A stretch of DNA of 63,822 nt, the filler included, from Welwitschia mirabilis (taxonomy: Eukaryota): assembly GCA_051453625.1 (NCBI GenBank). It is 5 parts of one record of this genome, joined end to end, with 100 filler letters (N's around TTAATTAATTAA, not from the genome) between each part and the next. Parts side by side here need not be neighbours in the genome. Positions count along the whole stretch, not along the records: positions 25,544 to 55,326 come from JBOZIK010000001.1; 4 more parts are not named here. One strand, written 5' to 3'. Under the pieces are notes generated by a model. It was not told the origin of the DNA and did no database searches. It was given only the letters and a program-made list of their open reading frames with translations. How positions within the stretch are numbered: the stretch's first letter is position 1; each line of letters begins with the position of its first letter. Positions 40,391 to 52,232 of the stretch are shown here, in pieces. Position numbers and translations under genes: made by a program.

Positions 40391-41021
40391 CTACAGGTTG
40401 TCAAGGTTCACACAACAAGAATGTAATAGATGCTTTGACCAAGACAGTTATACTAGAGAAGACCTGCTTTTGCAAGAGAAGGATTGGATTGAGGATTACT
40501 TGATGACAATGGCATGGGAAGTTGTGCATCTCTTGGGGTGTTAGAGATGGAGCTTATCCTTGAAGATTGATGACATTGTCTTCAAGAGGGGGAATATTGT
40601 AATGGGAAATTAAAGTCTATTTTATGCCTTTGTTATATTTTTCTGGTCACCCCATTTAATTGTAGATAGGTGGATTTAATTATAAAACCACCCTGGTGTG
40701 GTTATTATATTAAGTTAAACAATAAAGGAATGACATGTTTAGGAGGAAGTTAAAGGTTGGGCTGCTTCTCTAAACTAACTCCTCTTGTATATAGATACAC
40801 CCCTCAAGCCAGTGAGGGTGGAGGTGTCATGTGCATCCCAACTCTTTGTATTCTGTAAGGCTTCTGTTTACTAGTAAGAGCTCTACACTGCTTTCTAAAG
40901 GATGTAGGCTAGAAAGGGGCTGAACCTCATTAAATGTTTTGTGTTTGGTTTTTGTTTGCATTTGTTTATTTTGTTTTATGCTACACTTGTTTTGGTAATG
41001 CGATAAAACCCTAAAAGTACA
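40391..41021 (+). mobile_element. 3' end of another copia: RH tail, PPT and LTR (40598-41021)
   Basis: VVKVHT...DALTKTV; PPT aagagggggaa; LTR tgtaatggg...taca. Confidence 0.65.
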
Positions 41022-41534
41022 TTGGCCCCACTTATTCTAAAATTATGTACACACAAGTCACTTTATAACATACGAGGAAAGTCTATACCTTTTTTCATCT
41101 TTCTTTTACAACCAATGTGTCACAATGTAAAAGGAAAATGTTAACTAGAGGAAAATTAGGCTTCAATCTGGTAGAAGTGGCTTAAACGTAGTCAGCATAT
41201 ATGTTCCTTTTGAATGATTTTGCATGACTTTTGCTTAAGAAAACAGAAAGTATGGTTCTGAAGTCTTGCAGGTGTCACCAAATTGTCTGGTACATCAGAT
41301 GAATATCTATGATCATGTGTGGGTCTAAGAGATGTTACATAACACTGAAATGAGAAATAACTTCACATGAAGCATATTATTAGTTATAGGAGAACGTCTT
41401 TTTTTTGTTATGCCATCATAAAAAGTCAAGCTGTAATTTATGATATGACAACTGAAGACCCTAAAATTGAAGACCCTTACTTCTCCTGTTTGGCATTGAT
41501 GACAAGTACAATTCTTCGAATTGAGAGATATAAA

Positions 41535-42551
41535 TATTAGCAAAAGGCAAAGAAAAACCATATCTGTTATGAGTTTTCAATGAAACAAAGAGCAGAAACA
41601 AATCTAATAGCAAAGGAGCAAGCATCCACAACAAGAACACACTATTTATGAGCTATAACCCTTCAATGTGGATGAAAACATCCACAGGAAAGCAGATAAA
41701 TCTGTGTTAGCTTTAGAAATACACAAGTAAGTTCAAATACAACCATATTCTTCCAAAGACCAGGCAGTACACATACAGCTACAACTTTAGGGTAGGTTAG
41801 CGGAAATGCCTTCACCACTGGTAGATCACATTAACATTTGAAATCAGATGAGAGGATAAGACTTCTGTAAAAACACCTCATACAGAGACATAACATACCT
41901 CCCTTTAAAACATGTCCCCACGCAGAGATTACATAAACTTAACTTTAGAAAATAACATCACTTTACAGAGACAAGGCTTTCCCCCTTCTTTTCCTCGTCC
42001 ATTCCTTTTTTTTTTGGCCCCTCAATCGTACACATGAACATTTGGCTCCACATCTAACTCCAACAGTCTCCTGTTTGAAGACAAATGTGCCTCTTAGACC
42101 TGCTTTGCTTTCTCGCTTCATTACCATGATTATGTCTTTGTCATTACAATTTTCATCTTACAGAAGATTAACTTCTTTGCTGAAACCAACTTTGTAGACA
42201 TATCAGTCGGGTTATTGTTTCTCTGAAGTTTCTTCAACTCTAATACTTCAGCAGTTCACCCTATGTTGCTTGCCTTATGGAATTATACGTTACATCACTA
42301 TGTTTTGTCCTAGCATGAAATGCATCATTCTTTGCCAAGAATATAGCACTACTGCTATCATATAATAGATTGTATGATTGCTGCTTGGGACATAGTCACT
42401 TTTTTGGGGATGTTTTTCTTCATAGTGAAGGGTTTTACCCTGTGAATAGTGTGTTTTTCTTGTGGATGCTTGCTTCTTTACTCCTATATTACATTTGTTT
42501 TTTATTCTTTATTTCTAAATGATCTGGTTTTTTATTTGGTTTTCCCTAACA
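41535..42551. repeat. Two old copia-type LTR remnants in inverted orientation (41535-42065 minus; about 42310-42551 plus)
   Basis: agcaagcatccacaa...acacactatt...aacccttca (41617-41665) is the reverse complement of 42426-42474; PPT-like remnant at 42066-42085. Confidence 0.6.
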
Positions 42552-43200
42552 ATGAAAGCCTATGAATAATAAGAAATGTGAGGCTCAAAAACAGAGGAGC
42601 AGAAACATCTCTGATTATTTGAATTTGAAAATTCATAGTCCTTCACTTAAAGATCACAAAAACACCAAAGTCTTTCCACCATACAGAAGTAAAAAACCAT
42701 GGCATATACGTTTGGAGCAAAATCCATTTGGAAAAAATTAGTATCGATCCTGTTCTGCTTAGGGAATCCTAATTGAAACAAAGATGTAATGGAAAAGATT
42801 ACCATTAAACTTTCATCATTCTGGACTCAAGACATGAATTACATGATGTCATTTCTGTGTGTGCAGCGTGGTTCTTTTGCCTTCACAACTACAATTTGAA
42901 ATAAGATTTATAAGTATAATTATCTCCATATTTCTTCTGTTTATCTTTGCTACTTCTTTTTGTGTTAGTTTATTGGGCACTTAAAATTTAGTTTTCTATC
43001 TGCCTCATTATAATATTAACATGTGAACTGGATACACCTTGATTCAAAACCTCTTACATATTTTTAGTTCTGTCAGCTTTGAGCCTATGAATGAGCTTTT
43101 TTTAATTGGACTGACCCTGCAGTTGTTCTTCTCTTTTGTTTTTTTGCTAAAATTTTTGATAGCCATGACATTGGCTATATTATTCTTTTCTGTGGTATAG

Positions 43201-43305
43201 AACCTTCTGAATGCAAGGGCAAATCTTTCAAATTATGAGAATCCCTGGTTCTTTTTTGGTGCATCATATCCTGGGGCTCCGAGTGTCTTGACAACTACAA
43301 TTTGA
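43201..43305 (+). pseudogene. Truncated duplicate of the S28 catalytic-Ser exon, copy 1
   Basis: AG at 43199-43200; NLLNARANLSNYENPWFFFGASYPGAPSVLTTTI*. Confidence 0.85.
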
Positions 43306-43606
43306 AATAAGATTCATAAGTACAATGATCTCCATATTTCTTCCATTTATATTTGCTACTTCTTTTTGTATTAGTTTACTGGGCACTTAAAATTTAGTTT
43401 TTTATCTGCTTCATTATAATATTAACATGTGAACTGGATACACCTTGATTGGAAAACTCTTACATATTTTTAGTTCTATCAGCTTTGAGCCTATGGATGA
43501 GCTATTTTAATTGGGTTGACCCTGCAGTTGCTCTGCTTTTTTTTTGTTTTTGCTAACATTTTTGCTAGCCATGACATTGGCTCTATTATTCTTTTTTGTG
43601 GTATAG

Positions 43607-43711
43607 AATCTTCTGAATGCAAGGGCACATCTTTCAGATTATGAGAATCCCTGGTTTGTTTTTGGTGCATCATATGCAGGGGTTCTGAGCTCCTTGACAA
43701 CTACAATTTGA
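43607..43711 (+). pseudogene. Truncated duplicate of the S28 catalytic-Ser exon, copy 2
   Basis: AG at 43605-43606; NLLNARAHLSDYENPWFVFGASYAGVLSSLTTTI*. Confidence 0.85.
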
Positions 43712-44008
43712 AATAAGATTCATAAGTATGATCTCCATATTTGGCCCATCTATCTTTGCTACTTCTTTTGAATTAGTTTATTGGGCACTTAAAATTTAGT
43801 TTTTAATCTGCTTCATTATAACATTAACATGTGAACTGGATACACCTTGATTGGAAACCTCTTACATATTTTTAGTTCTATCAGTTTTGAACCTATGGAT
43901 GAGCTTTTTTTAATTGCATTGAACCTGCAGTTGTTCTCCTTTTTTTTGTTTTTGCTAAAATTTTTGGTAGTCATGACATTGGCTGTATTATTCTTTTTGG
44001 TGGTGTAG

Positions 44009-44191
44009 AACCTTATGAATGCAAGGACAAATCTTTCAAATTATGAGAATCCCTGGTTCGTTTTTGGTGCATCATACCCAGGGGCTCTGAGTGCATGGTT
44101 TCGCCTTAAGTTTCCTCATTTAGCATGTGGTAGCCTTGCAAGCTCTGGAGTTGTTCTTGCTGTCTACAATTTCACAGACTTTGATGTTCAG
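44009..44191 (+). CDS. EDA2: Internal exon of a peptidase S28 family serine carboxypeptidase (EDA2-like), containing the nucleophile Ser motif
   Basis: tag|AAC...CAG|gt, 183 nt, phase 0; NLMNARTNLSNYENPWFVFGASYPGALSAWFRLKFPHLACGSLASSGVVLAVYNFTDFDVQ. Symbol denotes family resemblance, not proven orthology. Confidence 0.93.
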
Positions 44192-44291
44192 GTTCAAATG
44201 ATCCTACACAGATTTTTCATTTTCTATCAATATTTCATATTGTTAGCACTCAATGGAATCTATGCTTTATATTGTCCAATATTTCTTATAG

Positions 44292-44408
44292 GTTGGAGAG
44301 TCTGCTGGCCCTGATTGTAAAAAGGCATTAGAAAAGGTCACTGAACTTGTTGATCAAGGTCTATCTAATAATGCAAAAGCTATGAAATCTCTATTTGTTG
44401 CAGAAAAG
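44292..44408 (+). CDS. EDA2: Next internal exon of the S28/EDA2-like peptidase
   Basis: 100-nt GT-AG intron 44192-44291; 117 nt VGESAGPDCKKALEKVTELVDQGLSNNAKAMKSLFVAEK then AAG|gtaaag. Confidence 0.92.
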
Positions 44409-44859
44409 GTAAAGGCCAGATTAATATGTTAAAATTCTGGCATCTCTTCTTTTAGTTAAATTTCCTAGTTATTTTTTTGTCCCTTCTGTTTTCACAGTTT
44501 TTCACTCTTCTTTGCTCTCAGTATTTGGAATAACCTAAAATATTTATAAAATTATGCATGAAGATTGTTAACACAATAAATTAATGTTTTCTTTCTTTTT
44601 CCTAATATGATGCTTCTTGTTTACTTGACAACGTCAAGAAAGGACCTTTGCAAATCTTCTTTCATTCCCAAAAAACCATAACTATGTAGCTTATAAATCA
44701 ATTTAGTACATGTTAAATGAATTGATTTAATTAAATTATATTCAAAGGACACATCATTTGAATGAACCAACATTGGAAGTCCATTTTTATAATATCATTA
44801 TCAAATACATATCATAATTAACTTGGTACAATTTCTTTCCATTAGAAAGTTCTTGTTAG

Positions 44860-46048
44860 AGCACATTTAGGACCTCTTTGAACTAAAACATCATTGAAAT
44901 AACCAATCTTCTCAACAATTGTTTGGACAGCAATCTTAATTCTGACTTTATTGAAATAGGAAAATCTTTGTTATTTTTTTTAGTTCTTCTCACATTCAAG
45001 AACTCACTAATTTCTTTATCATAAAATGTCCCCTTAGCATAGACTGTCCTTTTCCATCCAATTAAATTAATTTTCTCCATCATTGCATTGTCAATCTCTT
45101 TTAGAACCTACTTGTGAAAAATGTGCACCTCATATTTGAAGGGTTCATAATCTATCTTCCCCTCTGGGCAATAGGTCTCTTCGAAAACGATGTAATCCAA
45201 AACTTCTTGGGGTCTTCAAAGAGAAACCAATCTAAGTCTGAGGAGGAAGCTGGTTCCTTTCCTTTTCTCTGAGCAACAAACTTGGGTCTCACCATGATGC
45301 AAGAAAAAGTGCAGAGAGCTAGGGAGAGGAGAGCAAAACGAAAAAAACGATTTGAGAGGGAGAGGTTTTGGGTTTTTTAAATGATGAGATGAAGGGAAGA
45401 ATTGGTGGACTTTCAAACATGCGCCTCAAACTGCACAATTGAATATCCAAAATCATGCTTGTTTGCTTCTCTTTTAAAAATTGGACGTTTGGATGTTAAG
45501 GTCGGGATGTCTGGCCTGATATTTAGTTCTTTTCAATTGAAAAAGGTTTGGACGTCTGGGTTTTCATGTGGGATGTCTTGATTTTTATTCAACATGTTGC
45601 ATGCCAAGAAAAAGTTCTGGGACGTCTGAGTTTGATGGGTGGAATGTCCTCCAAAAAAACTCAAGTTTCTAACAGTGAGGGTAAAAAAACAAATTAGGAA
45701 CGGGGCGTCTGAACAACGCATTGGGACGTCCTATAAATGTTTGCTTAGCATATTAAACATATTTATGATGAATTCCAATATAGAATATAATAGAGCTTAG
45801 GGATAGGGATCATACTTGATGGGGACATTCTCTGATGCCTAGATCCCTTCTCAGATACACAAATTGATCCTCACTTAGTGCTTTTGTCATTATATCTATG
45901 ATTTGCTCATTAGTAGAAATGAATCCAATTCAACAATCTTACCTTGGACTTGATCTTTGATGAAGTGATGTCTAATATCTACATGTTTAGTTTTAGGACG
46001 TTTTATTGGATTCTTTGTAATGTTGATTGTGATTGTACTGTCACACAT
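44860..46048 (-). mobile_element. Sirevirus-like fragment: RNase H end, GGACGTC spacer, start of the extra ORF
   Basis: INITKNPIKRPKTKHVDIRHHFIKDQVQ; MVRPKFVAQRKGKEP resembles MVRSKIGVSRKGKEP at 53300. Confidence 0.75.
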
Positions 46049-46049
46049 A

Positions 46050-46560
46050 TTAGTTCAAAGGCAAAGGAACATTTGTCTTGAGGAGGTAGAAGGGCCAGAC
46101 CATCACATTGACCAATGTCAAACATGTTCTAGGTTTGGCAAAGGATTTGATCTCAGCAGGTCAGCTTTGTGACAGTGGTTTTACAACCATATTTGATAGC
46201 AGTTCTTGGAAAATAATCAAAGAGCATTGGTGGTTACCTATGGGAGTAGAAAAGGTACTATGTGTTGATATGTGAAGCCAAATATATTATTGATATTGTA
46301 ATTTTATGTTTTAACGCTTACCCCTATTTAAAGTTGTAAAAGGGGATTGGCTTATAACCCTAACCCTAGGGCTATATAAACCTGTTAAAGGATTGTTGTA
46401 TTTGGACACATTTGCTCCTAATCAATCAATAGAGCTCTGCATTGCTTCTCGTGGACATAGGGTAAAAAGAGCCCGAACCACATAAGTTCTGTGTCGTTCC
46501 TTTTGTATGCCTGTTGTTCCATTTTTGTTTGAATACGTTCTTGTTGTTAAATTTGTAACA
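46050..46560 (+). mobile_element. Copia pol fragment fused to an LTR (46263-46560) of the 29388 family
   Basis: ITLTNVKHVLGLAKDLISAGQL matches 31110-31270; LTR tgttgatatgtgaagcc...gtaaca; no TSD (ctatg/taaaa). Confidence 0.85.
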
Positions 46561-47210
46561 TAAAACACATCTATCTAGAGCATTTAGCTTTGGAGGAAAA
46601 ATGATTACATTTGAGTTCATGGCAATTTCTTTGCACATGTCCAATTTGCTTACAGTGCTAGCATCTCAGACATCTTCCGTTAAATTGATCCCTATTTGCT
46701 CTTACCACTACATCCTTCTCACTGACTGACTGACTACCAATATTGATTAAATGACGATGTTCTTCAGCAAATATAGCATCAACCACATCATCAAAGTTCA
46801 ACAAACATAGAGTATTACTACTTAATGACACCACCAAGTTGTTCTGTGATTTAGGCAATGAACACAAAAAAATACCACCTTGTCTTCATCAGAGATTTTT
46901 ATAGCAGCCATTTGGGAAACAATCGATTTGAACGTTTGCAAGTAATAGGCCATGGTTCTATTTTTTTTGTCACGTAAGACAATGCCATTTTTAAAAAAAT
47001 ACTTAATTTGTCACTATCCTCGCGTGGTAGAGATGTGCTAGTCTATTCCACAGCTTGTGCATGAATTCTGCATCTTAAAACATTCATGGGAACATAGTCA
47101 CCCAAACATCATCAAATAATTGCCACAACTTTTGGTCCATTCTATTTCATTCATCAATAGTGACAAAGACAACTCTTATACTTGTTCCCTGAACAAGCAA
47201 CTCAAGATCT
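46561..47210 (-). pseudogene. Ty1/copia gag remnant
   Basis: KISDEDKVVFF.CSLPKSQNNLVVSLS...LNFDDVVDAIFAEE. Confidence 0.7.
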
Positions 47211-47296
47211 CACTCACACAACAAGTTGTCGATCTTGATCTTCCAAAGCTCATGGTCTTCCCCCTTATGCACAATGACTCCCAAATAAAACAAAAA

Positions 47297-48045
47297 TGTT
47301 AAGTCTAAAACTAAAAGAGATGGCTTTTTAACACTGAAAAGGAGGCGTCACAGATGTCGAAGAAGTGCACAGACATCTAAGATATGATTGTGTGAATACC
47401 CAAATATGCAAAACATGCATGCAAAGCACACCTATGGACTTGTTACCTAGTGTAGCTCCACTCTATTCACTTCATCTATTTTGCTTCACATGTGTTGCTC
47501 CTTTCCACCTCTCCTTTGTTGAGTGTGCCTTGAATTCAGTAACATGTGGCAACAACATTTAAGACAGTTGTTCTCTTCTCAGCTCTCTTTTCCTTTTTGG
47601 AAAGAGAGGTTGTCAGGTAGACTTAACTGTAAAAGTTGTTGGTTTAAATGAAAACAACATTCTATAAAAGGACTATAGTAGTTGTTAAATAAGTAGATGG
47701 TCTCTAGGGATCTTGATTTCTAAGTGATACTACTTCATTATTGTACTCCTAAAGTTTTTCAATAGTAGAATTTCTACTCCTTTTCTAGTGGATGTAGGCC
47801 ACATGCTAAACAACAAACTTTATGGTGTCTGTTGCTGATCTTTTTCTTTGTTGTTCTCTCATTATATTTACTTTTACTTCATTTTTTGCTGCTTGTTGAA
47901 TCTATTTTTTCAAGGCAATTTCCTAACAAATTGGTATCAAAGCTAGTTTGATTGAAGCAAGCATTTAGATGTCGACAACGAAGTTTGAGATTGAAGAGTT
48001 TGATGGCAACATTAGCTTTAATTTGTGGCAAGTTCGAATGCTTGC
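47297..48045 (+). mobile_element. Copia 5' LTR (about 47297-47928), PBS and gag start
   Basis: ...cctaaca then TGGTATCAAAGC (47932-47943); MSTTKFEIEEFDGNISFNLWQVRM. Confidence 0.8.
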
Positions 48046-48145
48046 NNNNNNNNNNNNNNNNNNNNNNNNNNNNNNNNNNNNNNNNNNNNNNNNNNNNNNN
48101 NNNNNNNNNNNNNNNNNNNNNNNNNNNNNNNNNNNNNNNNNNNNN

Positions 48146-50285
48146 ATTATTGATAGATAAGAGAGGTGAGTTTACTTTCAAGGAGTTTGAGAACTTTTGC
48201 AGGGAAGCTGGAGCAATTCATCATAGAACGATGCCCAAAAACACCACAACAAAATGGAGTTGTTGAAAGACAAAATAGGACCATTTTGGAAAGAGTGAGA
48301 TCTATTCTCACACATGCTAGTTTGTCCAAACAGTTTTGGGCTGAAGTTGCAAATACTATTGTACACTTGCTAGACAGGTGTCCACACAATGGAATTGATG
48401 GACAGGTACTACAATGTTGGTAGAGTGGGAGTTCTGTTTCTTACTCTCACTTTAGGACGATTGGATGCGAAGCTTATGTTCATCAACAAAATACTTTAAA
48501 GCTTGGAGAAAGGGCCAAAAAATGTGTGTTTCTGGGTTATGATGGTGATGGTTGTTGTTAGAGGCTATGTGGTCGTGTGGGAAAGGTCATTGGATCTCGT
48601 GATGTGGTTTTTAATGAAGATGTCATGTACTTTAAATCATAGGAAAGGACTTAGAATTAGGGAATGTTTGATCTTAGCTACCTTCTGAAAGCTATCAATA
48701 TTCTAGATCAGTTTAGAGATCATGATGTGATTGAAGATGAGTTTCGAAGTAGTTGCTCTGAGGAGGAAGAGGAAGAAGTAGAACAGGAGAATGTTCCTGA
48801 AATTGGTCCTGAACCTAATTAGAATGCAGAAAACTTTTAAACTCCAGATCATTAGATTAGGTGTTTTATGAGGTCTAACTTACCACCTTTAAGGTATTTC
48901 CCATCACTGCATTAGATAATTCACACAGATGCAAGAGAACCAAAGTCATATTAGGAAGCCACTTCTAGTCCTGATTCTAGTAAATGGATGGAGGCTATGA
49001 ATGAGGAGATGGAATCCTTTAAGAAAAACTATACTTGGGAGTTAGTGCCTTTGCCACCTGGGAAAAGGGCATTGAAAAATAGGTGGATTTACATGTTGAA
49101 ACAAGAAACTAATGGAGGAAAACATTACAAGGTCAGAATGGTAGTGGAGAGTTTTACACAGCAGAAAAGTATTGATTTCAATGAAATTTTTTCTTCTGTT
49201 ATTAAACATATCTCCATTCATATCATTTTGGCTATGGTGGCTTGCATGGCTTTAGAATTGGAACAATTGGATATCAAAACTGCTTTTTCGCATGGTGATT
49301 TGCAAGAAGAAATCTATATGAAACAGTTAGAAGTTTTTGGGAATGGCAAGAACATGGTATGCTAGTTGAACAGAAGTTCATACAGCTTAAAATAGGCACT
49401 CAGACAATGGTACAAGAATTTTGACACCTTTATGATGGAGTAGAAATATGAAAGGTGCAAGGTAGATCCTTCTGTTTATTTGATGAAAACCACTAGTAAG
49501 ATCACCTTTCTTTTATTATATGTGGATGAGATGTTGATTGCAGGGAATGATCTATATCAGATACATAGATCGAAATTGCAGATGGCTAAGAAGTTTGTCA
49601 CAAAAACCTTGGGCAAGCAAAACAAATCCTTTGAATGAGGATTGAATGAGACAGGAAAAGTCAGAAATTGTGGCTGAGTAAACCTGATTATATTGGTAAG
49701 GTTTTAGAGAGGTTCAAGATGGTTGTCTGCTCGTTTGTCTCTACTGCATTGGTAGGACAATTAAAATTGTCAAAAGGAGACCGTCCTATTTCTAGTGGGG
49801 AGAAGACAGGTATGGTTGTGGTCCTTACTCTTTTGTAGCTGGTACTCTCATGTATGCCATGATCTGCACTAGACTAGATCTTGCCCATTTAGTGGGAGCT
49901 ATTTCCAGGTACATGAATAATCTTTGAAAGACACATTGGGAAGTCGTCGAGTGGATTCTGCGATATTGCAAAGGTTAGTCACTCTTATACTAGTTTTGCA
50001 GGTTGTGGAGAGACTAGGAAATCTACTACAAGTTATGTATTTACACTTGGAGTTGGGGCTGTTAGTTGGATGTCATGCCTTTAGAGTGATGTAGCTTTCT
50101 TCACCACAAAGGTAGAGAATATGGCTTTGATTGATAGAGACAGGGAGATGATTGGTTGAGACATATGCTTGAGCCTTTTGATCTTTCTTAAACCAAGTAT
50201 ATCATTTTTGGTGATAGCCAGAGTCCTATGGAATTAGCTGAGAATGTTGCATTTCATGCTTGCATAAAACATATTAACATGAAGT
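48146..50285 (+). pseudogene. Copia INT-RT-RH remnant (same family as 29388-35828), interrupted by a Sirevirus LTR
   Basis: PKTPQQNGVVERQNRTILERVRS; MEAMNEEMESFKKNYTWELVPLPPGK; LEQLDIKTAF; cut at KHINMK. Confidence 0.9.
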
Positions 50286-52232
50286 TGTTAGGATCGTAGA
50301 AGCACCCTAGAGGGGGGATGAATAGAGTAATTTTAAAATTATTGCAAAAGATGAATATATATATATATATATATAACTGAAACCCCACAATTAAAACGAT
50401 GTACAGAAATAATCAAGAAAATAAACTATGAACAAAGCACAATAAACAATGAGCAGAGCACCAGATTTATAGTGGTTCGGCAATCCTTGCCTACTCCACT
50501 CACAGGGGGCAGCAACGTGCTTTCAGCCTCCTGNNNNNNNNNNNNNNNNNNNNNNNNNNNNNNNNNNNNNNNNNNNNNNNNNNNNNNNNNNNNNNNNNNN
50601 NNNNNNNNNNNNNNNNNNNNNNNNNNNNNNNNNGAAATAAAGGATGCTAATCTAGAGCAACCAGGCTCTGATACCAATTGTTAGGATCGTAGAAGCACCC
50701 TAGAGGGGGGGTAAATAGGGTAATTTTAAAATTACCGCAAAAGATGAATATATAACTGAAACTTCACAATTAAAACGATGTACAGAAATAATCAAGAAAA
50801 TAAACTATGAACAATGCACAATAAACAATGAGTAGAGCACTAGATTTATAATTGTTTGGCAATCCTTGCCTACTCCACTCACAAGGGGCAACAACATGCT
50901 TTCAGCCTCCTGGTTCCCTTAGCAAAACACCCAATCTCTTCGGGCAACACCTTTTCTCAAAGTTACAATCAATCCCCTTCTCCTGGGAATCACAAGCTTG
51001 CTTCAACAAGCCTTATAGCAATACAAGAATAGAAGATCCTGATGATAAAGGTGCCTCAAGCACAATACATCGGCAATTAAGGCACAAAGAGAATTTCTTC
51101 TTCAATAGATCATGTAATGAGGGACATTCAGAAGAATTACAGAGATGATTTTCAACTATGTAGGAACAGTAACCATTCTAAGTGATTTTGAATGTTTATA
51201 TAGACTTGGTGAGAAAAATAGCTGTTGGATCCTTTAGTTGGGATTCCTAACCGTTAGACTACTATCAGAGACGTTTGAACCGCATCCCAAAGAAGTTTTA
51301 ACTGCTACCCGAGACGTTTTCTGTTGGAAACCGTGTTGTTTTGACAACTGTAACGTTCATATTTCTTCAGGTCTGACGTCCCATCTTTTTGGACCAGACG
51401 TCCTAGTTGTAAAGCTTGATTTCTGGGTTCAACGGGATTATATTTGGACGTCCCAGTTTCAAGTTTGGACGTCCCCATATACTTCATCTGCGTTTAAGGC
51501 CGGACGTCCTGGTTAGCAGGGTCGGACGTCCTAGTATATTCTAGCTGCACTCAAATCCGGACGTCCCGGGTAACAGGTCAGACGTCTCCATATAGTGTGA
51601 CCGTATTCAGATCCAGACGTCCCGGGTAGCAGGCCAGACGTCCCCATATGTTTCGACCGCATTCAACTCCAGACGTCCCAAGTAACATTTTGGACGTCCC
51701 CATATGTTCGGCTATGTATAGGGGCGGACGTCCTGGACTAAAGCTCGGACGTCCTTGGAGGCACAACTTCTGATTTGCACACTGTGAAGTATGCTATTAC
51801 CTCGTTCTTGATCATCATTGAAATCTAAAGTCTCTACAATCTCCCCCTTTTCAATAATGACAACCATTTATCCAGATTTGGACAAGATGATCAGTTGAAT
51901 GCTCCCCCTTAAATCATGCTTTTGAGTTAACTTGTTATCTGAAGAGAGAAACAAACAACCACACATGTCCTTGTAGACAATTTAGTGCAATAGAGTTCTA
52001 TAACCTGAATTTTTACAAATGTAAAGCATTTGGTATAAAAATCTAATATTATTCTCCCCCTTTGTCATTATTGAAAAACAATAAGAAAACAGAAAATTTA
52101 GATTGGACAACATTTGTTTAGAAAAAGAGATTTTCATTAAACTTTTGGAGGAATGCAACTAACAAAAACCATACAAGGACACCATATATAAAGTGAAATA
52201 CAAACAGAAGAGGAGAGGAAGAGAGTGGAAGA

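Larger units (their letters stand above)
42885..44093 (+). repeat. 406-bp tandem triplication of an intron 3' end plus the first ~28 codons of the S28 exon
   Basis: acaactacaatttgaaataagatt at 42885, 43291, 43697; each unit ends in GAGAATCCCTGGTT...GGTGCATCATA. Confidence 0.95.

Noticed and set aside
44015..44314. 99-aa ORF as a standalone gene
   Set aside because: It is an internal exon reading through into the intron; the spliced model fits the S28 family better
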